Origin: an uncultured Porphyrobacter sp.
GTDB taxonomy: Bacteria > Pseudomonadota > Alphaproteobacteria > Sphingomonadales > Sphingomonadaceae
Direction of reading: 5' to 3'
DNA length: 64,000 bases
Assembly (NCBI GenBank): GCA_964505255.1
Contig: CAZDHB010000002.1
Coordinates: 5,092-69,091, forward strand
Shown: in pieces, positions 28,139-42,006 of the stretch
Layout of the letters: the number at the start of each line of letters is the position of its first letter
Position numbering within the stretch: the first letter of the stretch is position 1
Notes under the pieces: generated by a model
What the model was told of the DNA's origin: nothing
Database searches by the model: none
The model's input: only the letters and a program-made list of their open reading frames with translations
Program-made: the position numbers and the translations under genes

Positions 28139-29410
28139 ATGCGACCAACGGATCATCCGCTCAGGCAATGGGCGGTAGACGAAATGCACATCCGGCGCTT
28201 TGCTCCCGTGCCTGAACACTGCGAGGTACGACAAGCTGTCCGTTTGCTCACGAAGGAAGAGCGCGCTGTAGAAGATGCGTATTTGCTTGGCGACCGCCCC
28301 CCATTCGACGTTTGGACCCTTAGCGATCGCAGAGCCTCTGGCCAAACGACATCAGGGCTGGAATTCGTTTGGGAGCGGCACACAGAAGCGAGCACGATCA
28401 CTCTTATCATCCCTGAAGGCCGGACAGAGGATGAATGTGCCCCTTACATCCAATGGATGGAAAATTGGGTCGGACCTGTAATCCGTGCAACACGAGTGTT
28501 CGTGGTGGGTGATGGCGAGGATGCCGAGACGCTGATTGATGCGCATGGGATGGATCGCCTGGAATTGGTGTGTTCAGACATAAAAAATTCGGTCAGGATT
28601 TGGTCAGATTTCGGAATTCGCGACGATGGTTATGGGCGATTGATCGCGACGGCGGGTGAGATGTCCGATGCCGAAAGGGGGCGGACAATCCAGCGCATTC
28701 AGGAGCTTGGCAATTACCGCAATCTTGCCCTGCTTGGCTTGCCATTGGTCCAGGAATATGGCCCACAAGCTGATGCCTTGGAACTGCGTCTTTCCGATCA
28801 CGCAGAACGTGTCTCCCAAGCCAAAGACACCGACCAAGACGATGAGCTGCTTGATGAATTGATTGATATCAGTTCCAGCCTCGAAGTTGTTCGGTCTGCA
28901 ACCGGCTTTAGATTGAGCGCCACCGCAGCGTATGCCGGTGTCGCAGCGGATCGCCTCGCCTCGCTCAAGGTTCAACCGGTATCCAACCTTCAATCACTCA
29001 CAGATTTCACTGAGCGTCGACTCGTTCCAGCCGCTCGTACATGTTCGGTTTTTACCGAACGTCTTGCACGAATAGCCGAACGCATTTCACGTGTCATGCA
29101 CACTTTGGATGTGCGAGTAGACACAAGAATCAAGGCACAAAACCTTATCCTTACCAAGCGCATGGAACGCTCAATTCAACTGCAATTTCGGTTGCAAAGC
29201 CTGGTCGAAGGCTTGTCCGTTATTGCCGCAGCCTATTATTTGGTCGGATTGATAGCGTTCGTGGCCAAGGGTGCGGCTGCCTGGCCCTCTGGATCAACCA
29301 CGGAAGTGATTATTGCCGCCGCAACTTTGCCGGTCATTGCCATCATTTACGCCTTTGTTCATCGTACGCGCGGGACTGTTCTTAAAGATAGTGACCTTGA
29401 TACAGATTGA
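28139..29410 (+). CDS. DUF3422-like membrane protein
   Basis: N-terminal HPLR...EMH.R, WERHTE, central NYR.LALLGLP and C-terminal LQ..VEGLSV.A..YY plus two TM helices. SD GGGAGG. Confidence 0.75.
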   Translation: MRPTDHPLRQWAVDEMHIRRFAPVPEHCEVRQAVRLLTKEERAVEDAYLLGDRPPFDVWTLSDRRASGQTTSGLEFVWERHTEASTITLIIPEGRTEDECAPYIQWMENWVGPVIRATRVFVVGDGEDAETLIDAHGMDRLELVCSDIKNSVRIWSDFGIRDDGYGRLIATAGEMSDAERGRTIQRIQELGNYRNLALLGLPLVQEYGPQADALELRLSDHAERVSQAKDTDQDDELLDELIDISSSLEVVRSATGFRLSATAAYAGVAADRLASLKVQPVSNLQSLTDFTERRLVPAARTCSVFTERLARIAERISRVMHTLDVRVDTRIKAQNLILTKRMERSIQLQFRLQSLVEGLSVIAAAYYLVGLIAFVAKGAAAWPSGSTTEVIIAAATLPVIAIIYAFVHRTRGTVLKDSDLDTD

Positions 29411-29514
29411 GCCTTATCACGCTCTTCCGAAACCAAAACAGCGCCCTTCCCTTACGCCATCCATTAGGCTAATAAGGCACCGGAGAGGCAAATCGATAAA
29501 GAACGGGAGTGATT

Positions 29515-30084
29515 ATGCGACGTATTACGGCAATCGCCAACATTTCTGCATTGGCGGTACTGACTGCGGCTTGCTCAGGCGGGGAAACCGCTCCGGCAGA
29601 GCCAGCGGACTCGGCTGAGGCAGAAGCAGTCGAAGAAGTGGCAGCAGAAGAGGGCGCCTCAGGAGAGGAGACCGCTGCTGAGGAGACAACGACAGAAGAA
29701 GCACCGGCTGAAGAAGCAAGTGAAGAAACAGCCATGGGTGCAATGGACACCAAAGACGGCGTTGCCTTTGCGAGCCTGACCGGCGATGCCTCGGCTGGTA
29801 AAATCGTCTTCGCCCAATGTCAAAGCTGTCACTCGGTGGAAGCTGGTGTGAACAAAACTGGCCCATCATTGGCCGGCATTGTTGGCCGTGTCGCTGGCTC
29901 GATCGAGGATTACAACTATTCGCCTTCGAATGCTGAAAGCGGTATCACATGGACCGAAGAACAGCTTTACGTCTATTTGGAAGACCCGCGGCGCGTCGTG
30001 CCCAAGACCAAAATGGTTTACCCTGGTCAAGCGGATGCGCAAAAACGCGCTGACGTGATCGCCTATCTGAAAAATCCAGCCTGA
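29515..30084 (+). CDS. cycA: Cytochrome c2 with lipoprotein-like signal and acidic linker
   Basis: CQSCH heme motif, GPSLAGI, PKTKM axial Met region. N-terminal MRR/hydrophobic/AAC signal and a 50-aa Glu/Ala-rich linker. Confidence 0.85.
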   Translation: MRRITAIANISALAVLTAACSGGETAPAEPADSAEAEAVEEVAAEEGASGEETAAEETTTEEAPAEEASEETAMGAMDTKDGVAFASLTGDASAGKIVFAQCQSCHSVEAGVNKTGPSLAGIVGRVAGSIEDYNYSPSNAESGITWTEEQLYVYLEDPRRVVPKTKMVYPGQADAQKRADVIAYLKNPA

Positions 30085-30104
30085 TTTTTCGAACGATAAG
30101 ACAG

Positions 30105-30136
30105 AAAAAAGGGGCCGGGTTTCCGGCCCCTTTTTT
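30105..30136. terminator. Bidirectional intrinsic terminator between cycA and hemA
   Basis: AAAAAAGGGGCCGG-gttt-CCGGCCCCTTTTTT. Confidence 0.9.
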
Positions 30137-30150
30137 AATGCGGCAACTGG

Positions 30151-31371
30151 CTAAGCTGCAACATCCCGGCGCGCCAGCTCACATTGCGACCATATCTCGC
30201 TGAGCGCGGTGAGCAATCGGTCAATATCGCCATCGGAATGCACCGGTGATGGGGTTAGACGCAGCCGCTCTGTTCCACGGGGCACTGTGGGATAATTGAT
30301 CGGCTGAACATAAATGCCATGATTGTCCATCAGCCAATCACTGATGAATTTACACTTGTGTGCATCGCCAACCATCACGGGGATGATATGGCTGGGATTG
30401 TCGAGATGGGGGATGCCCAACTGGTCAAGCGCACGGCGCACTTTGGCGACGCGTTCCTTTTGCTGATCGCGTTCGTGATTGCTTGCTTTCAAATGTTGAA
30501 TGCTCGCACATGCGCCCGCTGCGATGGTTGGCGGAAGCGCGGTGGTAAAGATAAAGCCGCTGGCGAATGTGCGCACATAATCGCACAGGTTCTTTGATGC
30601 CGCGATGTATCCGCCCATAACGCCAAAGGCCTTGCCAAGCGTGCCTTCAATAACCGTTATCCGGTCCATCAACCCCTCGCGTTCAGCCACACCGCCTCCG
30701 CGTGGACCATAAAGGCCGACCGCGTGAACTTCATCAATGTAGCTCATCGCATTGTGAGCCTCACACACGTCGAGAATTTCGGCGATAGGAGCAATGTCTC
30801 CATCCATTGAATAGACGCTTTCGAAAGCCACCAGCTTGGGGCGATCTGGATTAAGTTCAGCAAGTTTGCGATCGAGGTCAGCCGGCGAATTGTGCTCAAA
30901 GATCATCCGGTCCGCTTTGCTGTGCCGGATCCCTTCAATCATTGAGGCATGGTTAAGCGCATCAGACAACACCATGCAATCGGGGATGCGCGCAGCCAAA
31001 GTACCCAGCGCCGCCCAATTCGATACATAGCCGGAGGTGAACAAAAGTGCGTCTTCTTTGCCGTGGAGGTCCGCCAATTCATTTTCGAGCAGGACGTGAT
31101 GATGGTTCGTCCCTGATATGTTACGAGTGCCTCCCGCCCCGGCGCCGCAATCGTCAAGCACCTTATGCATGGCACTGATAACCCTAGGATGCTGTCCCAT
31201 GCCCAAATAGTCGTTTGAGCACCACACGGTGATATCGCTTTTCACCCCATCAACATAACGGCTCGCATGAGGGAATTGGCCCGCTTTGCGTTCTATTTCG
31301 GCAAAGACACGATAGCGCCCCTCATCCCTAACTGACTGCAGTTCGCTGCCGAAAAACGTCTCATAGTCCAT
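30151..31371 (-). CDS. hemA: 5-aminolevulinate synthase
   Basis: [25 protein letters not shown] and PLP-Lys motif GTLGKAFG. Confidence 0.96.
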   Translation of the reverse strand: MDYETFFGSELQSVRDEGRYRVFAEIERKAGQFPHASRYVDGVKSDITVWCSNDYLGMGQHPRVISAMHKVLDDCGAGAGGTRNISGTNHHHVLLENELADLHGKEDALLFTSGYVSNWAALGTLAARIPDCMVLSDALNHASMIEGIRHSKADRMIFEHNSPADLDRKLAELNPDRPKLVAFESVYSMDGDIAPIAEILDVCEAHNAMSYIDEVHAVGLYGPRGGGVAEREGLMDRITVIEGTLGKAFGVMGGYIAASKNLCDYVRTFASGFIFTTALPPTIAAGACASIQHLKASNHERDQQKERVAKVRRALDQLGIPHLDNPSHIIPVMVGDAHKCKFISDWLMDNHGIYVQPINYPTVPRGTERLRLTPSPVHSDGDIDRLLTALSEIWSQCELARRDVAA

Positions 31372-31389
31372 GGTTTAAGACCCCCCGTT

Positions 31390-32184
31390 TCAATTCTTTA
31401 TCTGGCCCTCTGGCCGCGTTGCGCGATTTTCCAATGCCCATTGCCACAGGGCTGAATCGCGAAAAGGTATAGCAAGAAAGATATGTTCAAGTGCCGCCAG
31501 CAAACACAGACAGCTCAACAAGGCATTTTGGACGACCATACCGGTGGTCGCTGCCGAAAATGCGCTCATCACGAAATACATGCCCCAGACGGCGATAAGC
31601 GCCACACTGATGGGAAGCGCAATCACCAATCGCTTCGGCCCGAAATAGCTTTTGAGATATTCGAGCCTCTTCGGCAAAAGCTCATCACTCATGTTCGGAA
31701 CACCCCAAAAGATGTTGAGCTTAGCTGACAAGCGGAAAATCAAAAGCAGTCCGAAGGCGTAAGCACCGGTCGAATTTTCGGTGAATGCAGCAAGGGAAAG
31801 CAGCAGCCCTGCGGTCATAGCCAGCGCAAATTCGTGATGGATTAGAGCCGCTGTGGCGATCGAAAAACGCACCCATCCTTTTGCATGCTTTGGACAGGGC
31901 TCGCGATGCGAACCAGCAATGGCTCCGCTTAGGAAGCTAATTTCATGCCAGCTCCAAATCAGCAACCCACCAATAAAAGACGCGTAGATTGCCCAGCTCG
32001 CCGTGGTGGTACTGGAGATCACAATAAGACCCAAGCCAACGGTCGCGCACATTCCCGAGATGACCAAAGCGCGGCCGAGCCATTGGCGCAGACGATGATT
32101 GATCATCGCGACCAACCCCGTGCTCACGAACCACAGGGCAATCACCACCGCAAACGGAAGACCAATGTCAAGCGAGCCTACCAC
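31390..32184 (-). CDS. puhE: Photosynthetic complex assembly protein PuhE
   Basis: [32 protein letters not shown] and LEH..LAIP motifs. Position after acsF. GTG 32184 overlaps the acsF stop. Confidence 0.88.
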   Translation of the reverse strand: MVGSLDIGLPFAVVIALWFVSTGLVAMINHRLRQWLGRALVISGMCATVGLGLIVISSTTTASWAIYASFIGGLLIWSWHEISFLSGAIAGSHREPCPKHAKGWVRFSIATAALIHHEFALAMTAGLLLSLAAFTENSTGAYAFGLLLIFRLSAKLNIFWGVPNMSDELLPKRLEYLKSYFGPKRLVIALPISVALIAVWGMYFVMSAFSAATTGMVVQNALLSCLCLLAALEHIFLAIPFRDSALWQWALENRATRPEGQIKN

Positions 32185-33254
32185 GATGGGGCCAGCCTCA
32201 CAGTTTGCGGCAGCTCGTTTTGCCTTGGCTTCATCAAGAACATGCGTGCGAAGCACAAGCCCGCTTTGGCGGTATGGCCCAGCTTGCTGAAGGCACCTAG
32301 CAACCCGCCGCGCTCCTTCGCGTCTTCGATGCCGACGGAGGCAAGCCGTAGCTCCTCCATTGCTCGGCGGAAACGCGGGTCATCCGTGTCCAATTCAATT
32401 GGAAAGACCTGCTTGCTGATTTCCGTACAGATGGAAAAGACTTTGTAGCCATATTCCGCGGGATCAATGCCAAGTGCATCATGGAATAAGGGCCGGTTGT
32501 GGTCCCGCACATACATTGTGGCATAGACCGACAGCAGGAAGAAGCGGATCCACAGCTTGTTATGTCCCCTCAGCAGCTTGGGATCAGCGCGCAGCAGCAG
32601 CGCGAAGGCTTCGCCATGGCGGAATTCATCATTGCACCACTCTTCGAACCAATCGAAAATGGGGTGGAACTTGTTTTCTGGCCGCTGCGCTAATTCGCGG
32701 AAAATCGTAATGTAGCGCGCATAGCCAATCTTCTCGGAAAGATAGACTGCATAGAAAATAAACTTAGGCCGGAAATACGTGTATTTCTTGGTTTTCGTAA
32801 GGAAGCTCAAATCGACACCAATGCCCGCGCCTTTTAGCGTCTCATTGATAAAACCTGCATGGCGGCTTTCATCGCGTGCAAGCAGCTTGAACAAGCGTTT
32901 CATGTCCGGGTTTTCCGTGCGCCGGGCAATTTCGGCATACAGAATGCAGCCGGAAAATTCGGAAGTCAGCGAGCTTGCCAAAAAGTCGATGAACTCTTTG
33001 CGCAATTCTGGCTCTATCCCCTCAATAACGCCGTCAAACTTGTCAGTCTTTTTGAAGTGCTTTTTGTTAGGATCGCCCTCCATTTCCTGCATTAATTGAT
33101 CCCACTCGGCGCGCACTGGCGAAACATCGAGCTTGTCCATCGCGTCAAAATCCGTGGTGTAAAAGCGCGGTGCTAGGACGGTATCCTGCTGCGCGATAGC
33201 CATGGTGTCAGGCGCGCTTTTCATACCCGCAGTGATCTTGGAATGAGCGTTCAT
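32178..33254 (-). CDS. acsF: Mg-protoporphyrin IX monomethyl ester oxidative cyclase (aerobic)
   Basis: [17 protein letters not shown] and two ExxH di-iron motifs (DESRHAG, DEFRHGE). ATG 33254. Confidence 0.96.
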   Translation of the reverse strand: MNAHSKITAGMKSAPDTMAIAQQDTVLAPRFYTTDFDAMDKLDVSPVRAEWDQLMQEMEGDPNKKHFKKTDKFDGVIEGIEPELRKEFIDFLASSLTSEFSGCILYAEIARRTENPDMKRLFKLLARDESRHAGFINETLKGAGIGVDLSFLTKTKKYTYFRPKFIFYAVYLSEKIGYARYITIFRELAQRPENKFHPIFDWFEEWCNDEFRHGEAFALLLRADPKLLRGHNKLWIRFFLLSVYATMYVRDHNRPLFHDALGIDPAEYGYKVFSICTEISKQVFPIELDTDDPRFRRAMEELRLASVGIEDAKERGGLLGAFSKLGHTAKAGLCFARMFLMKPRQNELPQTVRLAPSW

Positions 33255-33255
33255 G

Positions 33256-33552
33256 TTAAAGCCTCCCGGGATTGAAACTGACTTCGTACAGCTCAGCCAT
33301 CTCAAGATGGCCAGCAACCTTGGTCCAAAGACGGCGCAAAAGCCCTGCACGCCTCACGGTCGCATTGCGATCAAAGCTGACTTTTTCTCCGAATGAGATT
33401 ATCACCGGCGCTCCGTGCACTTGCACGCTGTCGCCCGGAAAAATCGGCACATTGCCTTCCAGCTTAACATGCGCATGGAAGTGATCAGGGCTTTGCTCAA
33501 CCTCGATCCGGCATCTGGTGTCAAATTCTTCTGCGAACAATAATGCGATCAT
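33256..33552 (-). CDS. Small conserved hypothetical protein between puhC and acsF
   Basis: ATGA overlap with puhC, ends 1 nt before acsF. Beta-rich sequence with HFHAHV and PGD.V.V motifs. Confidence 0.75.
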   Translation of the reverse strand: MIALLFAEEFDTRCRIEVEQSPDHFHAHVKLEGNVPIFPGDSVQVHGAPVIISFGEKVSFDRNATVRRAGLLRRLWTKVAGHLEMAELYEVSFNPGRL

Positions 33553-34025
33553 AGGTTTGATCCTTCCAGCAATTCAGCAAAGGCTGCACTGTGATCGGGG
33601 CCGAAACCGTGCAGCTCCGCCTCTTCGCCGGTATGCGGGTCGCTGAGCGAAAGCGCACCATTGTCCCAAAGAGTAAGGGTGAATGGGGGCTGCGCACCAA
33701 TGCCAGCCGCCGAGCGCTTCTTCGCAAAACGTCGCAATGTGGCACGAGTAAAGCCTTCTTCGCCAAAACCGATTACCTTTACCATTGCGCCGGTTGCAGC
33801 GTCCATCACAACCACAGCGCCATCTGCGCGATCTGCAAAGTGCAGTTCACGCTGCTGAGCAGGCGCGACATTGGCCGCCGCGCGTGACAATTGCGGATTG
33901 CCTTCTTGCGGCAAAAGGCCTGATGTTACTGCACCGGTCAGACCAAGCAGCACAGCAATCAGGACAGCTGCCGCTATCAAGGCTCCTCGGGGAACTGTCG
34001 GGTCGTGATCGTGAGCGTGCGTCAT
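33549..34025 (-). CDS. puhC: Photosynthetic complex assembly protein PuhC
   Basis: One TM helix, then LHFADRADGAV..GF.R and DPHTG...L.GFG.D motifs. Position after puhB. Confidence 0.9.
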   Translation of the reverse strand: MTHAHDHDPTVPRGALIAAAVLIAVLLGLTGAVTSGLLPQEGNPQLSRAAANVAPAQQRELHFADRADGAVVVMDAATGAMVKVIGFGEEGFTRATLRRFAKKRSAAGIGAQPPFTLTLWDNGALSLSDPHTGEEAELHGFGPDHSAAFAELLEGSNL

Positions 34026-34630
34026 GCAGGCAATCCCTCCACCACCGGTTGAGGGGCTGCTTTTTCGGCGATCATATCCAATTGCATCGCTTGCGTTGCA
34101 TCCAGCAGCATTTTGGCAAAACCTTGCGCATCAGGGATGGCCCGAAGCATGGGTTGCGGGCGCACAATGCGCAGCGAACGGGCATGCGGCCAAAGCATGG
34201 TATACCCCATGACCGGACGCCCTTTTAGCGCCAGCACGATGTTACCCGAACCGCCGGAAAGCAATTTGAGGTTAGCTGAGGCAATCTCTTGCAAAGGAAT
34301 GTTGATGCATTTGTTAAGAGCAACCCCAATTCTGAGCACCACGCGCTTGTTCGTCAGTGTATAAACGCATGTGCGCTCAACCCCGAACGCATAGAGAGCA
34401 AAAAATGCGGTAATGAGAAGCGCGCAGCCGACCATTGCCATTGCCGCCCCCAAATCCCCTCTCAAAGCAGCGGCCGCGGCGAAAACAGCGAAATAAATCA
34501 ACGCCAAACGGACATGCAACGCGGACGCAACCATGCGTGTCCACTTAGGCGATCCTTGCCATATAATCTGCTCATCGGCAGGAAGATTTTCCGGCAATCC
34601 GCGAATAGGCTCGTAATCGAATTCGCTCAT
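34022..34630 (-). CDS. puhB: Photosynthetic complex assembly protein PuhB
   Basis: EP.RGLP..LP..E.I.WQGSP, YTLTNKRVVLRIG and LWPH.R motifs. Confidence 0.92.
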   Translation of the reverse strand: MSEFDYEPIRGLPENLPADEQIIWQGSPKWTRMVASALHVRLALIYFAVFAAAAALRGDLGAAMAMVGCALLITAFFALYAFGVERTCVYTLTNKRVVLRIGVALNKCINIPLQEIASANLKLLSGGSGNIVLALKGRPVMGYTMLWPHARSLRIVRPQPMLRAIPDAQGFAKMLLDATQAMQLDMIAEKAAPQPVVEGLPA

Positions 34631-35397
34631 ACGAACGGCTCCTGTCTTTCGCGGTTCGCATAAAGGTAACCGCCGCCAAAATAGGCAACGATGCGTTCTT
34701 CCTCGTAAAATGTGATCTCACCAGCTTTTGCTGGGACGGGAGCAGAGGCGAATTGATCAGCATTGATCGCATCAATCTCTACCGTTTTCTTCTTGCCGTG
34801 CACTTTGGACATGCCCATCGGTGCGAGCACCTTTTTCTTGCCCGTATCGACTTCAAGATAGCGGATTTGGTGCTCTGCACGGTCAATCCAGATATCCGTA
34901 ACGGTTCCAGCCGAATTGCCGTCAGCGCCGGTTACATCCATGCCGCGCGGGTCAGGATCATTGGCATGCACTGTTATGCCTTCAACTGCGCCTATCGGCA
35001 CAATCCGATTGCGACCTTCGGCATCAAGATCAGCGTGCTTGGCGCGATCTGCCCATGCAGCTGGTCCAATACCGTCTTCAAGAGGATTTCCCGTGGGATA
35101 GTAAGGCGCGCCGGGAGAACGGAATGTTCGTTTGCCCGCCACGTCCACTGTTTCGCGGCCCTTAGTAGGCGCCGTCACAGGATCGCGCCCAAATGGCATG
35201 ATAAAAGTCTTGGGGCTGGCCTGTGATAAAGGACCACCAGGCGTATCAATTCGGCCTGTCACTTCATCTTCAAGCGGGTAGCCCTCCCGGCGATCTTCGC
35301 GGCGCAGATAGAAGATCAGTACAAGAAAGAACAGCGTGAAGGCGAGGAACACCATCTCCGTCACGTCAAACGTGCCAACTATTTTAATGTCATCCAT
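34627..35397 (-). CDS. puhA: Reaction centre H subunit
   Basis: Single N-terminal TM, YLRREDRREGYPL, DGIGPAAW, PRC barrel and ITFYEEERI.AYFGGG. Confidence 0.97.
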   Translation of the reverse strand: MDDIKIVGTFDVTEMVFLAFTLFFLVLIFYLRREDRREGYPLEDEVTGRIDTPGGPLSQASPKTFIMPFGRDPVTAPTKGRETVDVAGKRTFRSPGAPYYPTGNPLEDGIGPAAWADRAKHADLDAEGRNRIVPIGAVEGITVHANDPDPRGMDVTGADGNSAGTVTDIWIDRAEHQIRYLEVDTGKKKVLAPMGMSKVHGKKKTVEIDAINADQFASAPVPAKAGEITFYEEERIVAYFGGGYLYANRERQEPFV

Positions 35398-35430
35398 ATC
35401 ATGCTCTCCTATTCACTAGGCTTCCGGCTT

Positions 35431-36858
35431 TCAGGTCGGAAATTCCCTCAATCCAAACGCAGGTTCTGCGCTGCTTCCACTGGCAAGCTGCATCCGGCCA
35501 ACAATCGGTCCCAAAATCACGAGGGTCGCCAAAAGCATCGCAATTTCCAGCAGGTAGACAGTGCCATATCCGGTAGCGCGCACGGCCAAGGTGCTTCCCA
35601 AACCATCAGCCAAAGCGATCTGTTGCATGCCGTCGCGGATCAAGCCGCCAAGCGCGATGCCCAGCCCAGCTGCGCTCGCCTGCACCGCGCCCCACGCGCC
35701 AAGCGCAACACCGCTTGCGCCATCGCGCGCGAGCGACATCGCAGCAATCATCGAGCCAACTGAAAAAAGTCCGGTGCCAAATCCAATCGCTGCCGCTCCA
35801 GCAAACAGCAGGGGAATGGATGACATGGGAGCGGCGAATACAATCATCAAAAACGCAGCTATGCCGACCACAACGCCCCATCCCGCCAGCCGCAATGGGT
35901 CAGAACCCAGAGGCAAGCGGCGTGCGCACATTGCAAAGGCTGCCAAAGCGCCCAAGGCCCATGCCCCGGTGAGGCTGGTGGTGGATCCAACAGACAATCC
36001 CATCACCTCACCACCATAAGGTTCAAGCAAGGCGTCCTGCATGGCAAACGCCATCGCGCCAAAACCGATTGCCAGCAACAAGCGCTTGGCATTGGGTTGA
36101 CGGGTAAACTCATCCCAGGTCTGCGCAAAGGTCGACACAGGCTCTAAGGATAAAGCAATCGCTGTATTGCGCGCCTCTTGCTTCCACAGGGCAACAATAT
36201 TGAAGGCAAGGGTGAGTGCGGCTGCGCCCTGTATAATCTGGACCAGCCGTGTCGCTGTGAAGTTGAGCAACATTTGGCCGATCGCCAAAGATGCCGCCAT
36301 CATTCCAATCAAAAGCATGACATAAAGCAGGGCAACGACGCTGGGCCGTTTGTCTTCAGGCGCTATATCCGTTGCCAGTGCCAGCCCTGCAGTCTGAGTC
36401 ACGTGCATACCGGCTCCTGTCAAAAGGAACGATAAGCATGCCGCCATAAGCCCGGCTGTGAAAGTATCGGAGCGTGTGAGCAAGATCAGCGCGAAAGGCA
36501 TGATCGCTAATCCGCCAAACTGGGCCAACGTGCCAAACCATATAAAGGGCACGCGCCTCCACCCCAGAACCGAACGATAGGTATCGCTACGATGCCCAAT
36601 GATTGCTCTGAAAGGGGCAATCAGGAGCGGAATGGCAATCATTAAAGCAACGATCCAAGTGGGCGTCCCAAGCTCAACAATCATGACCCTGTTCAAGGTG
36701 CCATTAAGCAGCACCGCGGCAATCCCAACGCTCACCTGAAACAGGGCCAACCGCAAGAGGCGCGGCAGAGGCAGGTCTGCGCTCGCCGCATCAGCGAAGG
36801 GAAGAAAACGCACGGTGACAGTCTGCCAAAAGGAGAGGGAAGAGCCGCGTTCGCTCAT
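35431..36858 (-). CDS. lhaA: LH1 assembly protein LhaA (PucC-family MFS)
   Basis: LRLALFQVSVG..LNGTLNRVMIVEL, QTAGLALATD and LLEPYGG. Located between bchM and puhA. Confidence 0.92.
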   Translation of the reverse strand: MSERGSSLSFWQTVTVRFLPFADAASADLPLPRLLRLALFQVSVGIAAVLLNGTLNRVMIVELGTPTWIVALMIAIPLLIAPFRAIIGHRSDTYRSVLGWRRVPFIWFGTLAQFGGLAIMPFALILLTRSDTFTAGLMAACLSFLLTGAGMHVTQTAGLALATDIAPEDKRPSVVALLYVMLLIGMMAASLAIGQMLLNFTATRLVQIIQGAAALTLAFNIVALWKQEARNTAIALSLEPVSTFAQTWDEFTRQPNAKRLLLAIGFGAMAFAMQDALLEPYGGEVMGLSVGSTTSLTGAWALGALAAFAMCARRLPLGSDPLRLAGWGVVVGIAAFLMIVFAAPMSSIPLLFAGAAAIGFGTGLFSVGSMIAAMSLARDGASGVALGAWGAVQASAAGLGIALGGLIRDGMQQIALADGLGSTLAVRATGYGTVYLLEIAMLLATLVILGPIVGRMQLASGSSAEPAFGLREFPT

Positions 36859-37550
36859 CGTCGCGTCATCCCCAAGGCTTGTGATTTGTAAAAACCGCTA
36901 GAAACACGCTGAGTAAAATCAATTTTCCAAGAGGGCATTTCAGCAGCGATCTTGTGAACAAGCTTGTCATGTGAGATCGGCTTGATCGCAGGCGAACGAT
37001 CCGATCTCGGAAACAGCTTTCCCGCCACATGCATTGCCCGCAGCAATGCGGTTCCAGGTGCAAAAGTGAACGCGATATGGTTTGCGCGCCCTGACCATGC
37101 ACCAAGCACTGATACAACATCGTGAAGCTCGTAATGGATCAGCGAATCCATGGCGATGACATGATCAAAAACACCCAATTCACTGGCGCGCATATCACCC
37201 ACGCGCCAATCTATGCTGAGTCCGTCGGGCGCACGCTCCGCAGCAACATCAACCAACCCTTGAGAGACATCAATCGCGACAACTTGCGCGCCGCGCTGCG
37301 CTGCCTCAATCGCAAGCGCTCCTGTGCCACATCCCGCATCAAGCAAGCGCATGCCCTGCATATCGGTGGGCAAAGTCGATAGCAACAATGCGCGCATTTC
37401 ATCACGCCCTGCGCGCACCGTTGCGCGGATACCACTCACGGGTGCGTCAGACGTCAGATCTTCCCATGCTTTGCGCGCGGTTTGGTCGAAGTATTTTTCG
37501 AGCCGGACGCGGCTTTCGCTGTATGAGGTAGAGGCGAGGCTTTGATCCAT
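36855..37550 (-). CDS. bchM: Mg-protoporphyrin IX O-methyltransferase
   Basis: YFDQTA..AW..LTSDAPVS.IRATVRAGR, LLDAGCGTG and MDSLIHY. Confidence 0.96.
   Translation of the reverse strand: MDQSLASTSYSESRVRLEKYFDQTARKAWEDLTSDAPVSGIRATVRAGRDEMRALLLSTLPTDMQGMRLLDAGCGTGALAIEAAQRGAQVVAIDVSQGLVDVAAERAPDGLSIDWRVGDMRASELGVFDHVIAMDSLIHYELHDVVSVLGAWSGRANHIAFTFAPGTALLRAMHVAGKLFPRSDRSPAIKPISHDKLVHKIAAEMPSWKIDFTQRVSSGFYKSQALGMTRR

Positions 37551-41995
<4,445 letters not shown>

Positions 41996-42006
<11 letters not shown>

Noticed and set aside
29581-29740. GAA/GCA-rich low-complexity stretch considered as a tandem repeat
   Set aside because: It is explained by the Glu/Ala-rich linker of cytochrome c2 and has no fixed repeat unit.
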